Part shown: positions 23,600 to 31,776 of the stretch, piece by piece
How the letters are laid out: every line of letters starts with the position of its first letter
Numbering within the stretch: position 1 is the stretch's first letter
Origin: Candidatus Saccharimonadota bacterium
GTDB lineage: Bacteria; Patescibacteriota; Saccharimonadia; Saccharimonadales; Saccharimonadaceae
Direction of reading: 5' to 3'
Length of the DNA: 32,000 nucleotides
NCBI GenBank assembly: GCA_025349965.1
Contig: CP075337.1
Location: forward strand, 180,001-212,000
The notes under the pieces: generated by a model
What the model saw: only the letters and a program-made list of their open reading frames with translations
The model's database searches: none
Told to the model about the DNA's origin: nothing
Position numbers and translations under genes: made by a program

Positions 23600-23608
23600 T
23601 GCTATACT
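23600..23608 (+). promoter_or_regulatory. extended -10 box upstream of the Rpf-like gene
   Basis: TGcTATACT, with TTGGTG 17 nt upstream. The leader to the ATG at 23646 is about 30 nt. Confidence 0.4.
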
Positions 23609-23645
23609 GATTGGGTAGTATAGCTTCATTGAAGCTGCTTTATTT

Positions 23646-24809
23646 ATGAGAGTATACAGTAGAAATAATAATAAGTTCACCTTCAAGCTTGCCCTTGGTG
23701 TTGCCGTGGGATTGTTAAGTATTATAGGTATCGCTCAGTTTGTAAATAATACAACACAAACAGCACTTGCTCAGCAGCAAGGTGCACGTCTTATTACGCT
23801 CTACGACAGGGGTGAGACAACTTCTTTCATGACCGACAAGGCGACGATTGGCGAAGCGCTTGAGGCGGCCAGTATTCAGCTTGATGCTCGCGATGCGGTT
23901 GAGCCGGCACGTGATGAGAAGCTTGTCGCACCTGATTATCAGGTGAATGTCTATCGAGCACGTCCGGTAACGGTCATCGAGGGTGCGCAGCGCCAAAAAG
24001 TCTTTACGCCCTACCAGTCGGCCGAGCGAATTGTACGTGATCTAGGCATTGCACTTTATCCTGAAGACCATACAGACGTAACTCGTTCGGAGGATGTTCT
24101 TGGACAGGGCTCTGGCTTACAGCTAAGAATTATTCGCGCGGTACCATTTGAACTGACGCTGTATGGCCAGACAAACGCCGCTCGTACTCAGGCGAAGACA
24201 GTTGGTGAAATGTTGAAAGAGAAAGGTGTGAAGCTCGGTCAAGATGATCGTGTTTCTGTTCCGCTAGAAACTCCAATCACGGAAGGTATGCAGCTTCGTG
24301 TGTGGCGCGAGGGCAAGCAAACGATTACGGTTGATGAAGAGGTTGATTTCGCAACCGAGAAGATTCAGGATGCCGACCGCGAAGTTGGCTATAAGGAAGT
24401 AAAGACACCCGGTGAAAAGGGTGAGCGTTCTGTGACGTACGAAGTGGTTATTCAGGACGGTAAAGAGGTGAGTCGTACGGAAATTGCCAGCGTGACAAAG
24501 AAAGAGTCAAAGAAGCAAGTTGAAGTTGTCGGAACGAAGATGAAGAACAGTTTTAGTGGTAGTTTTGCCGAAGCGCTTGCACGCCTTCGTAGCTGTGAAG
24601 GAAGTTATACTTCTAATACCGGAAATGGGTATTATGGCGCATATCAGTATGACCTTAGGACATGGGGAAATTATAAGGGATATGCCAACGCATCACTTGC
24701 GCCTCCTCAGGTGCAGGATGAAAAGGCGTGGATTACTTATCAAGCTCGTGGCTGGCAGCCATGGCCAAGCTGTAGAATCTCGCAAGGTTTGCAGGATATC
24801 TACCGATAA
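23646..24809 (+). CDS. DUF348-G5 protein with a C-terminal Rpf-type transglycosylase-like domain (RpfB-like)
   Basis: 387 aa. It has an N-terminal membrane anchor and repeated DUF348-like segments. G5-like motifs are TPGEKGERSVTYEVVIQDGKEV. The C-terminus SCEGSYTSNTGNGYYGAYQYDLRTW...GWQPWPSC resembles Rpf domains. Confidence 0.8.
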   Translation: MRVYSRNNNKFTFKLALGVAVGLLSIIGIAQFVNNTTQTALAQQQGARLITLYDRGETTSFMTDKATIGEALEAASIQLDARDAVEPARDEKLVAPDYQVNVYRARPVTVIEGAQRQKVFTPYQSAERIVRDLGIALYPEDHTDVTRSEDVLGQGSGLQLRIIRAVPFELTLYGQTNAARTQAKTVGEMLKEKGVKLGQDDRVSVPLETPITEGMQLRVWREGKQTITVDEEVDFATEKIQDADREVGYKEVKTPGEKGERSVTYEVVIQDGKEVSRTEIASVTKKESKKQVEVVGTKMKNSFSGSFAEALARLRSCEGSYTSNTGNGYYGAYQYDLRTWGNYKGYANASLAPPQVQDEKAWITYQARGWQPWPSCRISQGLQDIYR

Positions 24810-25594
24810 TGGCGGGTCCTAAAAAATCACTCGGCCAGCATTGGCTCAAAGACCGTGAAATATTAGCGGAAATTGCCAATGAAGTGACACTTACAAAGAG
24901 TGATACTGTCCTTGAGATTGGTCCGGGTCTTGGAACATTAACCAGTGAACTACTGCGCCGTTCTGGTAGGGTGGTTGCGGTTGAGATTGACCAAGACTTA
25001 GCACGCAAGCTTCCGGGGCAATTTCCGGGTACGTCACTAGAAGTAGTAAACCAAGATATTCTCACCTATGATTTAACGCAACTTCCAAAAGGGTATAGCG
25101 TTGTCGCAAATGTGCCGTACTATATTACATCGAAAATCGTTCAGTATTTAGTCACTTCCGATAATCCACCGCGTGAAATTGTCTTATTGATTCAAAAGGA
25201 AGTCGCAGAGCGTATTGTTGCCGAGCCGGGTGACATGAGTATTTTGGCGATTAGTGCTCAAATATACGCGACTGCACGTCTTGGCATTGAAGTGCCGGCT
25301 GAATACTTTACACCACCGCCAAAGGTGGACAGTCAAGTGGTAATTCTTACTATGCGCACAGAGCCTCTTGTGAAGAAAGAAGATGAACGGCTTTTCTTTA
25401 GGGTTGTTAAGGCTGGATTTGCGGCAAAGCGCAAGAAACTGCGCAGTAGTCTTGCTGGCGGGCTTCACTTAAGTAAGCCTGACGTAGAAGACCTCCTGGG
25501 TAAAGCTGGTATTTCACCGGAAAAACGCGCAGAAGACCTATCTATTGCCGAGTGGCTTCAGCTGATGGCGGTTGTTGCTCCTGCGCTCTCGTAA
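24809..25594 (+). CDS. rsmA: 16S rRNA (adenine1518/1519-N6)-dimethyltransferase
   Basis: 261 aa with the motifs SLGQHWL, EIGPGLGTLT and ANVPYYITS. The start overlaps the upstream stop by 1 nt (TAATG). Confidence 0.9.
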   Translation: MAGPKKSLGQHWLKDREILAEIANEVTLTKSDTVLEIGPGLGTLTSELLRRSGRVVAVEIDQDLARKLPGQFPGTSLEVVNQDILTYDLTQLPKGYSVVANVPYYITSKIVQYLVTSDNPPREIVLLIQKEVAERIVAEPGDMSILAISAQIYATARLGIEVPAEYFTPPPKVDSQVVILTMRTEPLVKKEDERLFFRVVKAGFAAKRKKLRSSLAGGLHLSKPDVEDLLGKAGISPEKRAEDLSIAEWLQLMAVVAPALS

Positions 25595-25597
25595 AAG

Positions 25598-25606
25598 TGC
25601 TACAAT
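25598..25606 (+). promoter_or_regulatory. extended -10 box for the second DUF348-G5 gene
   Basis: TGcTACAAT, followed by 7 nt and then the ATG at 25614. Confidence 0.45.
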
Positions 25607-25613
25607 ATACCTA

Positions 25614-26789
25614 ATGGTGTGGCGTTTTATTTTAGTCTTAGGGCTTACCTTTGTCTCAGTACTTGGTGCTGTGGATATTGTGTCGGCAAGTGAGCAGACG
25701 GGACGCCTTATTACGGTACACGATAGAGGTCTTAAGACGAGTTTTGTCTCGCATGAGAAAACAATTGGTGAAGCACTCAAGGCGCAATCAATTACATTAG
25801 ATGCGTTTGATGCCACGGAACCCTCAGTGCAAGAAGAGATGGTTGCACCCGACTATCAGGTGAATATTTACAGAGCCCGGCCGGTGACGGTGGTGGATGG
25901 TGCAACACGCACTAAGATTATGACGCCGTATCAATCAATTGAACGGATTGTGAAAAGCGCTGATATTACACTCTATCCTGAGGATAAAACATCACTTGCA
26001 CCTTCTCGGGATTTTAATGTCGACGGCGCAGGGCTTCTCCTTACTATTGACCGGGCGGTAGATTTCACGCTCGATTTGTATGGAAAAAAGCAGGCGGCTC
26101 GTACGCACAAGGCAACGGTTGGCGCAATGCTTGACGAAAAAGGTGTAAAACTTGGCGCGAATGACCGTGTATCGGTTGCGCTTGAAACACCTATTACGTA
26201 CGGCATGGAGGTGCGTGTTTGGCGCGAAGGTAAGCAGACTATTGCTGAAGACCAGCCAATTGGATTTACAACTGAGCTTGTCTATGACGCTGATCGTCCA
26301 GTTGGGTATCGCGCGATTCAAACTCCGGGCGTCGAAGGTGTTCGCTCGGTAACCTATGAAGTTGAGATTAAAGAAGGTAAAGAGATTTCCAAAAAGAAGA
26401 TTGCGGAGATTGTTACCGCTGAGCCGAAACGGCAGCAGCTCGCAATTGGAATTAAGGGACTTGAGAATGGCTTAACCCGTAATAAGGGCGCGCTCCACTT
26501 TAAGGATAGTAAGGGCGTTGTGCATCGTGAAACATATTACGATCTTGATATGGGTGTTGTGATGGGAAGCTGTGGTCAAGGTGGTCGCTATTCGGTCCGC
26601 TTTGATGGTATGAAGATTGATGCCGAGGGGTACATTCTTATTGCTGCCAACTATGCGCGCTATCCGAAGTGTTCAATTGTTGAAACGAGCGCGGGGCCGG
26701 GGCGTGTGTATGATACTGGCGGCTTTGTTAAAAACCATCCTGATGGCTTTGACTTGGCGACGGATTGGACGAATAGTAACGGCCGGTAA
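25614..26789 (+). CDS. DUF348-G5 protein with a C-terminal 3D/DPBB-like (YabE/MltA-type) domain
   Basis: The ORF is open from a TTG at 25572, overlapping rsmA. I prefer the ATG at 25614 (MVWRFILVLGLTFVSVLGA...) because of the adjacent extended -10 box, but the longer form would match the paralog's N-terminal length better. The C-terminus is CSIVETSAGPGRVYDTGGFVKNHPDGFDLATDW. Confidence 0.75.
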   Translation: MVWRFILVLGLTFVSVLGAVDIVSASEQTGRLITVHDRGLKTSFVSHEKTIGEALKAQSITLDAFDATEPSVQEEMVAPDYQVNIYRARPVTVVDGATRTKIMTPYQSIERIVKSADITLYPEDKTSLAPSRDFNVDGAGLLLTIDRAVDFTLDLYGKKQAARTHKATVGAMLDEKGVKLGANDRVSVALETPITYGMEVRVWREGKQTIAEDQPIGFTTELVYDADRPVGYRAIQTPGVEGVRSVTYEVEIKEGKEISKKKIAEIVTAEPKRQQLAIGIKGLENGLTRNKGALHFKDSKGVVHRETYYDLDMGVVMGSCGQGGRYSVRFDGMKIDAEGYILIAANYARYPKCSIVETSAGPGRVYDTGGFVKNHPDGFDLATDWTNSNGR

Positions 26790-26815
26790 ACCTTGAGGCG
26801 CTCCCTGTGGATTTC

Positions 26816-26824
26816 TGCTATAAT
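26816..26824 (+). promoter_or_regulatory. consensus extended -10 box for metG
   Basis: TGcTATAAT, followed by 8 nt and then the ATG at 26833. No SD is present. Confidence 0.5.
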
Positions 26825-26832
26825 AATGAGTA

Positions 26833-28329
26833 ATGGAAACTCCTGAAAAACAACTGTATATTACTACTGCTATTCCTTATGTGAACGGCACCCCGCATAT
26901 TGGTAATGCGCTTGACTATCTTTTGGCGGATATCTGGGCTCGTTACCAAAAACAAAACGGCCGTACGGTTCGCTTTCAGGTAGGAACTGACGAACATGGT
27001 AATAAGATTGCTGCGAAAGCAATTGAGGCCGGTATCACTCCACAGGCATATACCGATTCTATGTACGGCAACTTTGAAAATCTTATGAAAAAGGTTGGCG
27101 CTGAATATACGGACTTTGTTCGCACAACTGATACGCATCACGTCCAGGCGGTTCAATACATTTGGCAACAGCTCAAGCCGTACATCTACAAAGATTCATA
27201 TAGTGGCTGGTACTGCATGGGGCATGAAGCATTCTTTACTGATAAAGAAGTGCAAGAAACGGGTGGCGTATGTCCTGATCACCAAACGCCATTTCAGCAG
27301 GTGAGTGAAGAGAATTATTTCTTCAAGACTAGCGCGTTTACTGATCGTATTAAGGAAGCAATTAACTCAGGTGAAATGAAGATTATTCCAGAGTTCCGCA
27401 AGAATGAATTCATGGAACTTATCAAGGATGGCTTGGCTGACGTGAGTGTTTCCCGTCCGAAGAAGAGTCTTTCGTGGGGTATTCCTGTGCCGGATGACCC
27501 AGAGCAGGTTATGTATGTGTGGCTTGATGCGCTTGCTAACTACATTACGGTGATCGGCTACCCAGACCGTCCATCAGAATATCAATCTGTTTGGCCGGCT
27601 GATGTCGAGGTAATTGGTAAGGATATTCTTCGTTTCCACGCTGGTATTTGGCCGGCAATGCTACTTGGGCTTGGGCTTGAGCTTCCAAAGAAACTCCTTG
27701 TGCACGGCCATGTAAATGTGGGCGGCTCAAAGATGAGTAAGACGGTTGGAAATGTTGTTGATCCAAATGAGGTGATTGATCAGTACGGCGTTGATGCGTT
27801 TCGTTACTTCTTCTCTCGCCATATCCCAACGCTTGATGACGGTGACTTTACATGGGAAAAGTTTGAATACGCTTATAACGGTGAACTTGGTAATGATTTC
27901 GGTAATCTTATCCAGCGTGTTGCCGGTATGATTAATCGCTACCAATCCGGTGTGATTGGCGTTGCCGAGCAGGCGGAGCATGATATGACTGCGTATCACG
28001 AAGCAATGGAAAAGCTTGAATTTAACAAAGCGCTCGATGAGGTGTGGAACAAGGTGCACAGCCTCAACCGTTACATTGATAACGTCAAGCCGTGGGAAAT
28101 TGCGAAGCGCCGTGAATCAGACCCTGACGCCGAAGCACATCTTGGTGAAGTGCTTGCGCATTGTGCGGGTGCAATCCTTCAAATCGGTGACCTTCTTGTG
28201 CCATTCATGCCAACTACTGCTACAGCAGTACACGCTATGTTTGATACTGGGGTGGTCAAGACGGATGGCACGGTACTTTTCCCGAAGCTCTACATTCATA
28301 CGCCCGATCCACGCGCTCCAAAAGCTTAG
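26833..28329 (+). CDS. metG: methionine--tRNA ligase (short form)
   Basis: 498 aa with the motifs PYVNGTPHIGN (HIGH) and KMSKT (KMSKS). Confidence 0.9.
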   Translation: METPEKQLYITTAIPYVNGTPHIGNALDYLLADIWARYQKQNGRTVRFQVGTDEHGNKIAAKAIEAGITPQAYTDSMYGNFENLMKKVGAEYTDFVRTTDTHHVQAVQYIWQQLKPYIYKDSYSGWYCMGHEAFFTDKEVQETGGVCPDHQTPFQQVSEENYFFKTSAFTDRIKEAINSGEMKIIPEFRKNEFMELIKDGLADVSVSRPKKSLSWGIPVPDDPEQVMYVWLDALANYITVIGYPDRPSEYQSVWPADVEVIGKDILRFHAGIWPAMLLGLGLELPKKLLVHGHVNVGGSKMSKTVGNVVDPNEVIDQYGVDAFRYFFSRHIPTLDDGDFTWEKFEYAYNGELGNDFGNLIQRVAGMINRYQSGVIGVAEQAEHDMTAYHEAMEKLEFNKALDEVWNKVHSLNRYIDNVKPWEIAKRRESDPDAEAHLGEVLAHCAGAILQIGDLLVPFMPTTATAVHAMFDTGVVKTDGTVLFPKLYIHTPDPRAPKA

Positions 28330-28775
28330 TTGTCTAAAGAGCGGAGTGCATTTTCTACAATTTGCTGGTGCGACCCATACAATTCTGGAAGGGTGTCAAG
28401 TGGTGTCCATTGGGCTGACTTTGCGTCATCTCCGGCAGTAGCCTCTAGTTCTGCGGTAAGGCGAAAAAGATAGCCTGATGTTTCAATCCAGGCGGTGTCG
28501 CTGTTGCGCGGATCTTCAACTGGTCCTTGATACACTAAGTCTTTATCGCTCGTAGTGATAACGAGGCCGGTTTCTTCAAAAGCTTCACGCTGTACTGCTT
28601 GGAGCGGGGTTTCGTCTTCATCAACAAAGCCACCAGGGAGTGCCCATTGTTCGGTATCCTCTCTTTGGATGAGGAGGATTTTTTGCTCGGTGGTATTAAT
28701 AATGACAGCGTCCGCAGTGTAGTTGGGACCTTTGTGCCATAGTTTTCGTTCTGCGTTGTCCATGTGTACTTCCAT
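28326..28775 (-). CDS. NUDIX hydrolase (probably acts on ADP-ribose or an NAD-related dinucleotide, given its context)
   Basis: 149 aa with the Nudix box GGFVDEDETPLQAVQREAFEETGL. The start overlaps the pncB stop by 1 nt (TAATG). Confidence 0.8.
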   Translation of the reverse strand: MEVHMDNAERKLWHKGPNYTADAVIINTTEQKILLIQREDTEQWALPGGFVDEDETPLQAVQREAFEETGLVITTSDKDLVYQGPVEDPRNSDTAWIETSGYLFRLTAELEATAGDDAKSAQWTPLDTLPELYGSHQQIVENALRSLDN

Positions 28776-30019
28776 TATGCGCCCCGAACACCGTTAAGGA
28801 CAAGGCTGCCGAGACGCTCTGTAACGCGGGATTCGTATCGGCTGATTTTTTCCACCGGGCCTGTATGCTTGCCTTCGTCATCGCTAAGTTTTACTGTCTT
28901 GGTGCCATTCACCTCAACTGCTTTCATGACAATATTATTCGCTTTTACGCCAAGATCATTGGTGAGGGTGGTGCCCCAGCCAAAGACGACATTAATGCGC
29001 CCCTTGAAGTAATCTGCAAGTTCGATAATAGTAGGGAGGTCGAGGCCATCGCTGAAAACAATCGTCTTTTCAATAGGGTTAATGTCACGGCTTTCGTAAA
29101 AGGCAATGACCTGCTCGCCAAACTCACTGGGGTCGCCAGAGTCGTGCCGCAAGCCATCCCACTTTCGTGCTTGGTCAAGTGCAAAATCCCTGAAAAAGAA
29201 GTCGCTTGTGAATGTATCTGTCAATGCGATTGATAAGTCACCGCGGTACACTTCTTCCCAATCGCGAAGCATTTCTGAATGACCTTCAAGCGGGTTACGC
29301 TTCTCTTTATCTGTGAGTGCTGCGTACACCATTGGAAGTTCATGTGCGTAGGTGCCAATTGGTGGAACGCCGAGCGTATGTGCAAGATAAATGTTTGAAG
29401 TGCCAATAAAATTATCAGGTAGCTCATTGGCAACACGTTCAACTACGTGTTTTTGCCAGCCGTAACTAAAGCGGCGCCTGGTGCCAAAGTCGGCAAATTT
29501 AATGTCTGGGCGTTCTTTGAGTGTGCTGATTTTCTCATCAAGGCGACCATCACCTTCTTCGTACAGTACTTGGAGCGAACTACCTTCGGCGGCCAACTTA
29601 TTTTCAAAGTAGAGCTCGTTCAGTTCGCTCATCACTACCGTTTCCCAGAAGGTGACAAGTGGCCATTCTCCAGTTGTTTTGGCGGCAATGTCACCGTTTG
29701 CATCAAGATGAATATTAATAGGTGGGAGCGCGCTCTCGATGAGATGGTCAAGGTACGCTTCGGTAAATTGTGCTTTGCCATCTTGATTCTGAAGCCCGGC
29801 AAGGTAGGCGACTTCTTCTGGCTGCCAGCCTTGTTGGAATGTATCAAGGCGTTCATGGAGTGCTGCTGGCGTGACGTACTCTGAGAGGAGATTAGCGCCA
29901 CGGTTTTTGAGCTCAAAGGAGACAGTTGCATGACGATGTTTTTCAAACTCAAGCTGGCTCATAGTGGCCTTGTAGTAATCAAGTCCTTGGGTAAGGAGGG
30001 TAGTTTGTTCTTGTTCCAC
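28775..30019 (-). CDS. pncB: nicotinate phosphoribosyltransferase
   Basis: 414 aa with FADFGTRRRFS and GTYAHE blocks typical of the PncB-type NAPRTase family. Confidence 0.85.
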   Translation of the reverse strand: MEQEQTTLLTQGLDYYKATMSQLEFEKHRHATVSFELKNRGANLLSEYVTPAALHERLDTFQQGWQPEEVAYLAGLQNQDGKAQFTEAYLDHLIESALPPINIHLDANGDIAAKTTGEWPLVTFWETVVMSELNELYFENKLAAEGSSLQVLYEEGDGRLDEKISTLKERPDIKFADFGTRRRFSYGWQKHVVERVANELPDNFIGTSNIYLAHTLGVPPIGTYAHELPMVYAALTDKEKRNPLEGHSEMLRDWEEVYRGDLSIALTDTFTSDFFFRDFALDQARKWDGLRHDSGDPSEFGEQVIAFYESRDINPIEKTIVFSDGLDLPTIIELADYFKGRINVVFGWGTTLTNDLGVKANNIVMKAVEVNGTKTVKLSDDEGKHTGPVEKISRYESRVTERLGSLVLNGVRGA

Positions 30020-30021
30020 GG

Positions 30022-30645
30022 CTATTCTCCCTGAATCATTGCGATAGCTTCTTCGCTTGAAATGGCAAGTACCTGTGCGGCCTCAAGTGCTTTGAGCGCA
30101 TTTGCTTCATCTGCTTGATTGAGCGCCACGGCCCGGACGGCGTCACGGAGGAGGTAGGTGGTGACGCGCTCGTTACCTGCAAAGTATGTGGCAATATCAA
30201 TTCCGGTTGCTTTGACGCAGTAGTCGGTTGCGAGGCCGCCAAGGAAGACGCGAACTGTTTCTTGTGTGTTTCGCGGGGCGATGAGTGTTTCAAGCGTTTC
30301 ACCCTTATCGCTGATACCTTCCCATCCAGAGTAGCCGTCGGTGAGTCCAGTGCCTTTCGAGATGATGCTATCCGTTTCTTGGATATCGAGTGTTGATACA
30401 AACTCGGCACCTTCTGTACCTGCCACGCAGTGTGATGGCCAGGTGTCAAAGTGGGGTGTCTCGGCAGGGTGCCAATCTCGTGTGAAGGCGACGGTGCCGT
30501 CGGTTGAGCGGACCGCTTCGGCAACTTTATTAGTTGGTTCAATGACTTCTGCACCATCCTTTACTGCGAGTGTGCCGGTGATAAAATCGTTTTGAATATC
30601 AACGCCAATGAGGACGTTACGGGTGTGAGTGGTGAGTGTTTCCAT
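30022..30645 (-). CDS. pncA: nicotinamidase (isochorismatase family)
   Basis: 207 aa with the motifs VDIQNDF, DWHP...H, HCV and the catalytic-Cys context LATDYCVKAT. An AAGGAG SD lies 6 nt upstream. Confidence 0.85.
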   Translation of the reverse strand: METLTTHTRNVLIGVDIQNDFITGTLAVKDGAEVIEPTNKVAEAVRSTDGTVAFTRDWHPAETPHFDTWPSHCVAGTEGAEFVSTLDIQETDSIISKGTGLTDGYSGWEGISDKGETLETLIAPRNTQETVRVFLGGLATDYCVKATGIDIATYFAGNERVTTYLLRDAVRAVALNQADEANALKALEAAQVLAISSEEAIAMIQGE

Positions 30646-30691
30646 AGGGAACTCCTTTACTTAGTGTGTAATCTACACTTTCTATACTTCA

Positions 30692-30720
30692 ATCATATAC
30701 CTATGTTAGTGTTATGTCAA
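30692..30720 (-). promoter_or_regulatory. sigma70 promoter of the pncA-pncB-nudix operon
   Basis: The minus strand reads TTGACA (complement of 30715-30720), 17 nt, then TATGAT (complement of 30692-30697). Confidence 0.6.
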
Positions 30721-30726
30721 CACTAA
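30706..30726. promoter_or_regulatory. 21-bp palindrome overlapping the -35 (operator candidate and/or nadR terminator stem)
   Basis: TTAGTGTT-atgtc-AACACTAA. A third TTAGTGT half-site sits at 30661-30667. Confidence 0.4.
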
Positions 30727-30738
30727 GTACATATAAAA

Positions 30739-31776
30739 TTAAAGATTGTGACGGTCAAAGAATAGTTCTTTGTATTTTACATAGGCAGATTCATGAGCTG
30801 CTGCGAGTGCTTGTGTGAGTCGTTCTGTCTGGTTTGCAGTGTCTAAAATCACATACGGTAAGTCATACTGTTTGCATAATGTAAGCCAGTACTCATCACT
30901 GCCTTCGCGTTTATCACCACCGTAGCGGAGTGGATCCGCTTCAAAGGGAATATTACTTTTGGTGATAATATACAGGTCAGATTTGAGCCGTATGGCATCA
31001 TCAATAAGGCCCTGTGGACACGTGCCAATTACTGATTGCCAATGCGGGAAACTCCAGTAGCCAACAGTTGAGAATAAATCGGTATCCTGAACGATAAACG
31101 ACGAGGCGCTGATTATGTTGGCGTGTTCTTGGAGCGCTCGTTGTCCTTGCCAGATTGCAGTCATCGAGCGTGGAGTAATCTCATTAACTGTTTCTTCAAG
31201 GTAGGGGCGGGCATACTCGAAAAGCCATGTTGCATTGAGCGCCTGTGCGAGTTCGCGAGATAGTGTTGTCTTCCCTGTTGACTCAGCACCAAAGACGGTA
31301 ATGCGTGTGCGTAGATATGGCTGGAATTCGGGAATAATATTGGCAAAATGTGCAGAAGGATTGTTCCGAATTGGTGTTCCCTTTGCCGAGTTGATAGTGC
31401 GGTCAATATCATAGGGAAAGAATTCGGTGCCAGTAATTTCAGCAAGCTTCTTGCCGTACCGTTCACTTGCGACAATAATGTCTTGGCCCGTGATGCCGAA
31501 GTCAACGAGCATAGTGCGCCACATATCCCAAAAGCCAGGCGCAGAAGGATTCTGCTCAATGGCTTTATCATAGTGGATGAGCGTAACTCGCTTTCCCATG
31601 CCGGTACGTTCGATTGCTTGCTTCAGGGCTGCAACACGTTCTGTGGGAAACGGTTCGTGTGGTTGTGTGTTGATAATCGCAACGACGCCATCCGCGGCAA
31701 GGCTATTCGCGAACTGCAGCAGTTGCAAGTGGCCGGTTGTTGGCGGCATCGCCGTCAAAAGTACGAAGGCTTTCAT
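30739..31776 (-). CDS. nadR: NadR-type bifunctional NMN adenylyltransferase / ribosylnicotinamide kinase (no HTH domain)
   Basis: 345 aa. The N-terminal nucleotidyltransferase motif is MPPTTGHLQLL and the Walker A of the kinase half is GAESTGKTT. An AAGGAG SD lies 8 nt upstream. Confidence 0.8.
   Translation of the reverse strand: MKAFVLLTAMPPTTGHLQLLQFANSLAADGVVAIINTQPHEPFPTERVAALKQAIERTGMGKRVTLIHYDKAIEQNPSAPGFWDMWRTMLVDFGITGQDIIVASERYGKKLAEITGTEFFPYDIDRTINSAKGTPIRNNPSAHFANIIPEFQPYLRTRITVFGAESTGKTTLSRELAQALNATWLFEYARPYLEETVNEITPRSMTAIWQGQRALQEHANIISASSFIVQDTDLFSTVGYWSFPHWQSVIGTCPQGLIDDAIRLKSDLYIITKSNIPFEADPLRYGGDKREGSDEYWLTLCKQYDLPYVILDTANQTERLTQALAAAHESAYVKYKELFFDRHNL

Noticed and set aside
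28326-28775. The Nudix protein as an NrtR-type transcriptional regulator of the NAD cluster.
   Set aside because: At 149 aa it holds only a Nudix fold with an intact catalytic box (REAFEETG). It has no room for the C-terminal winged-helix domain that defines NrtR.
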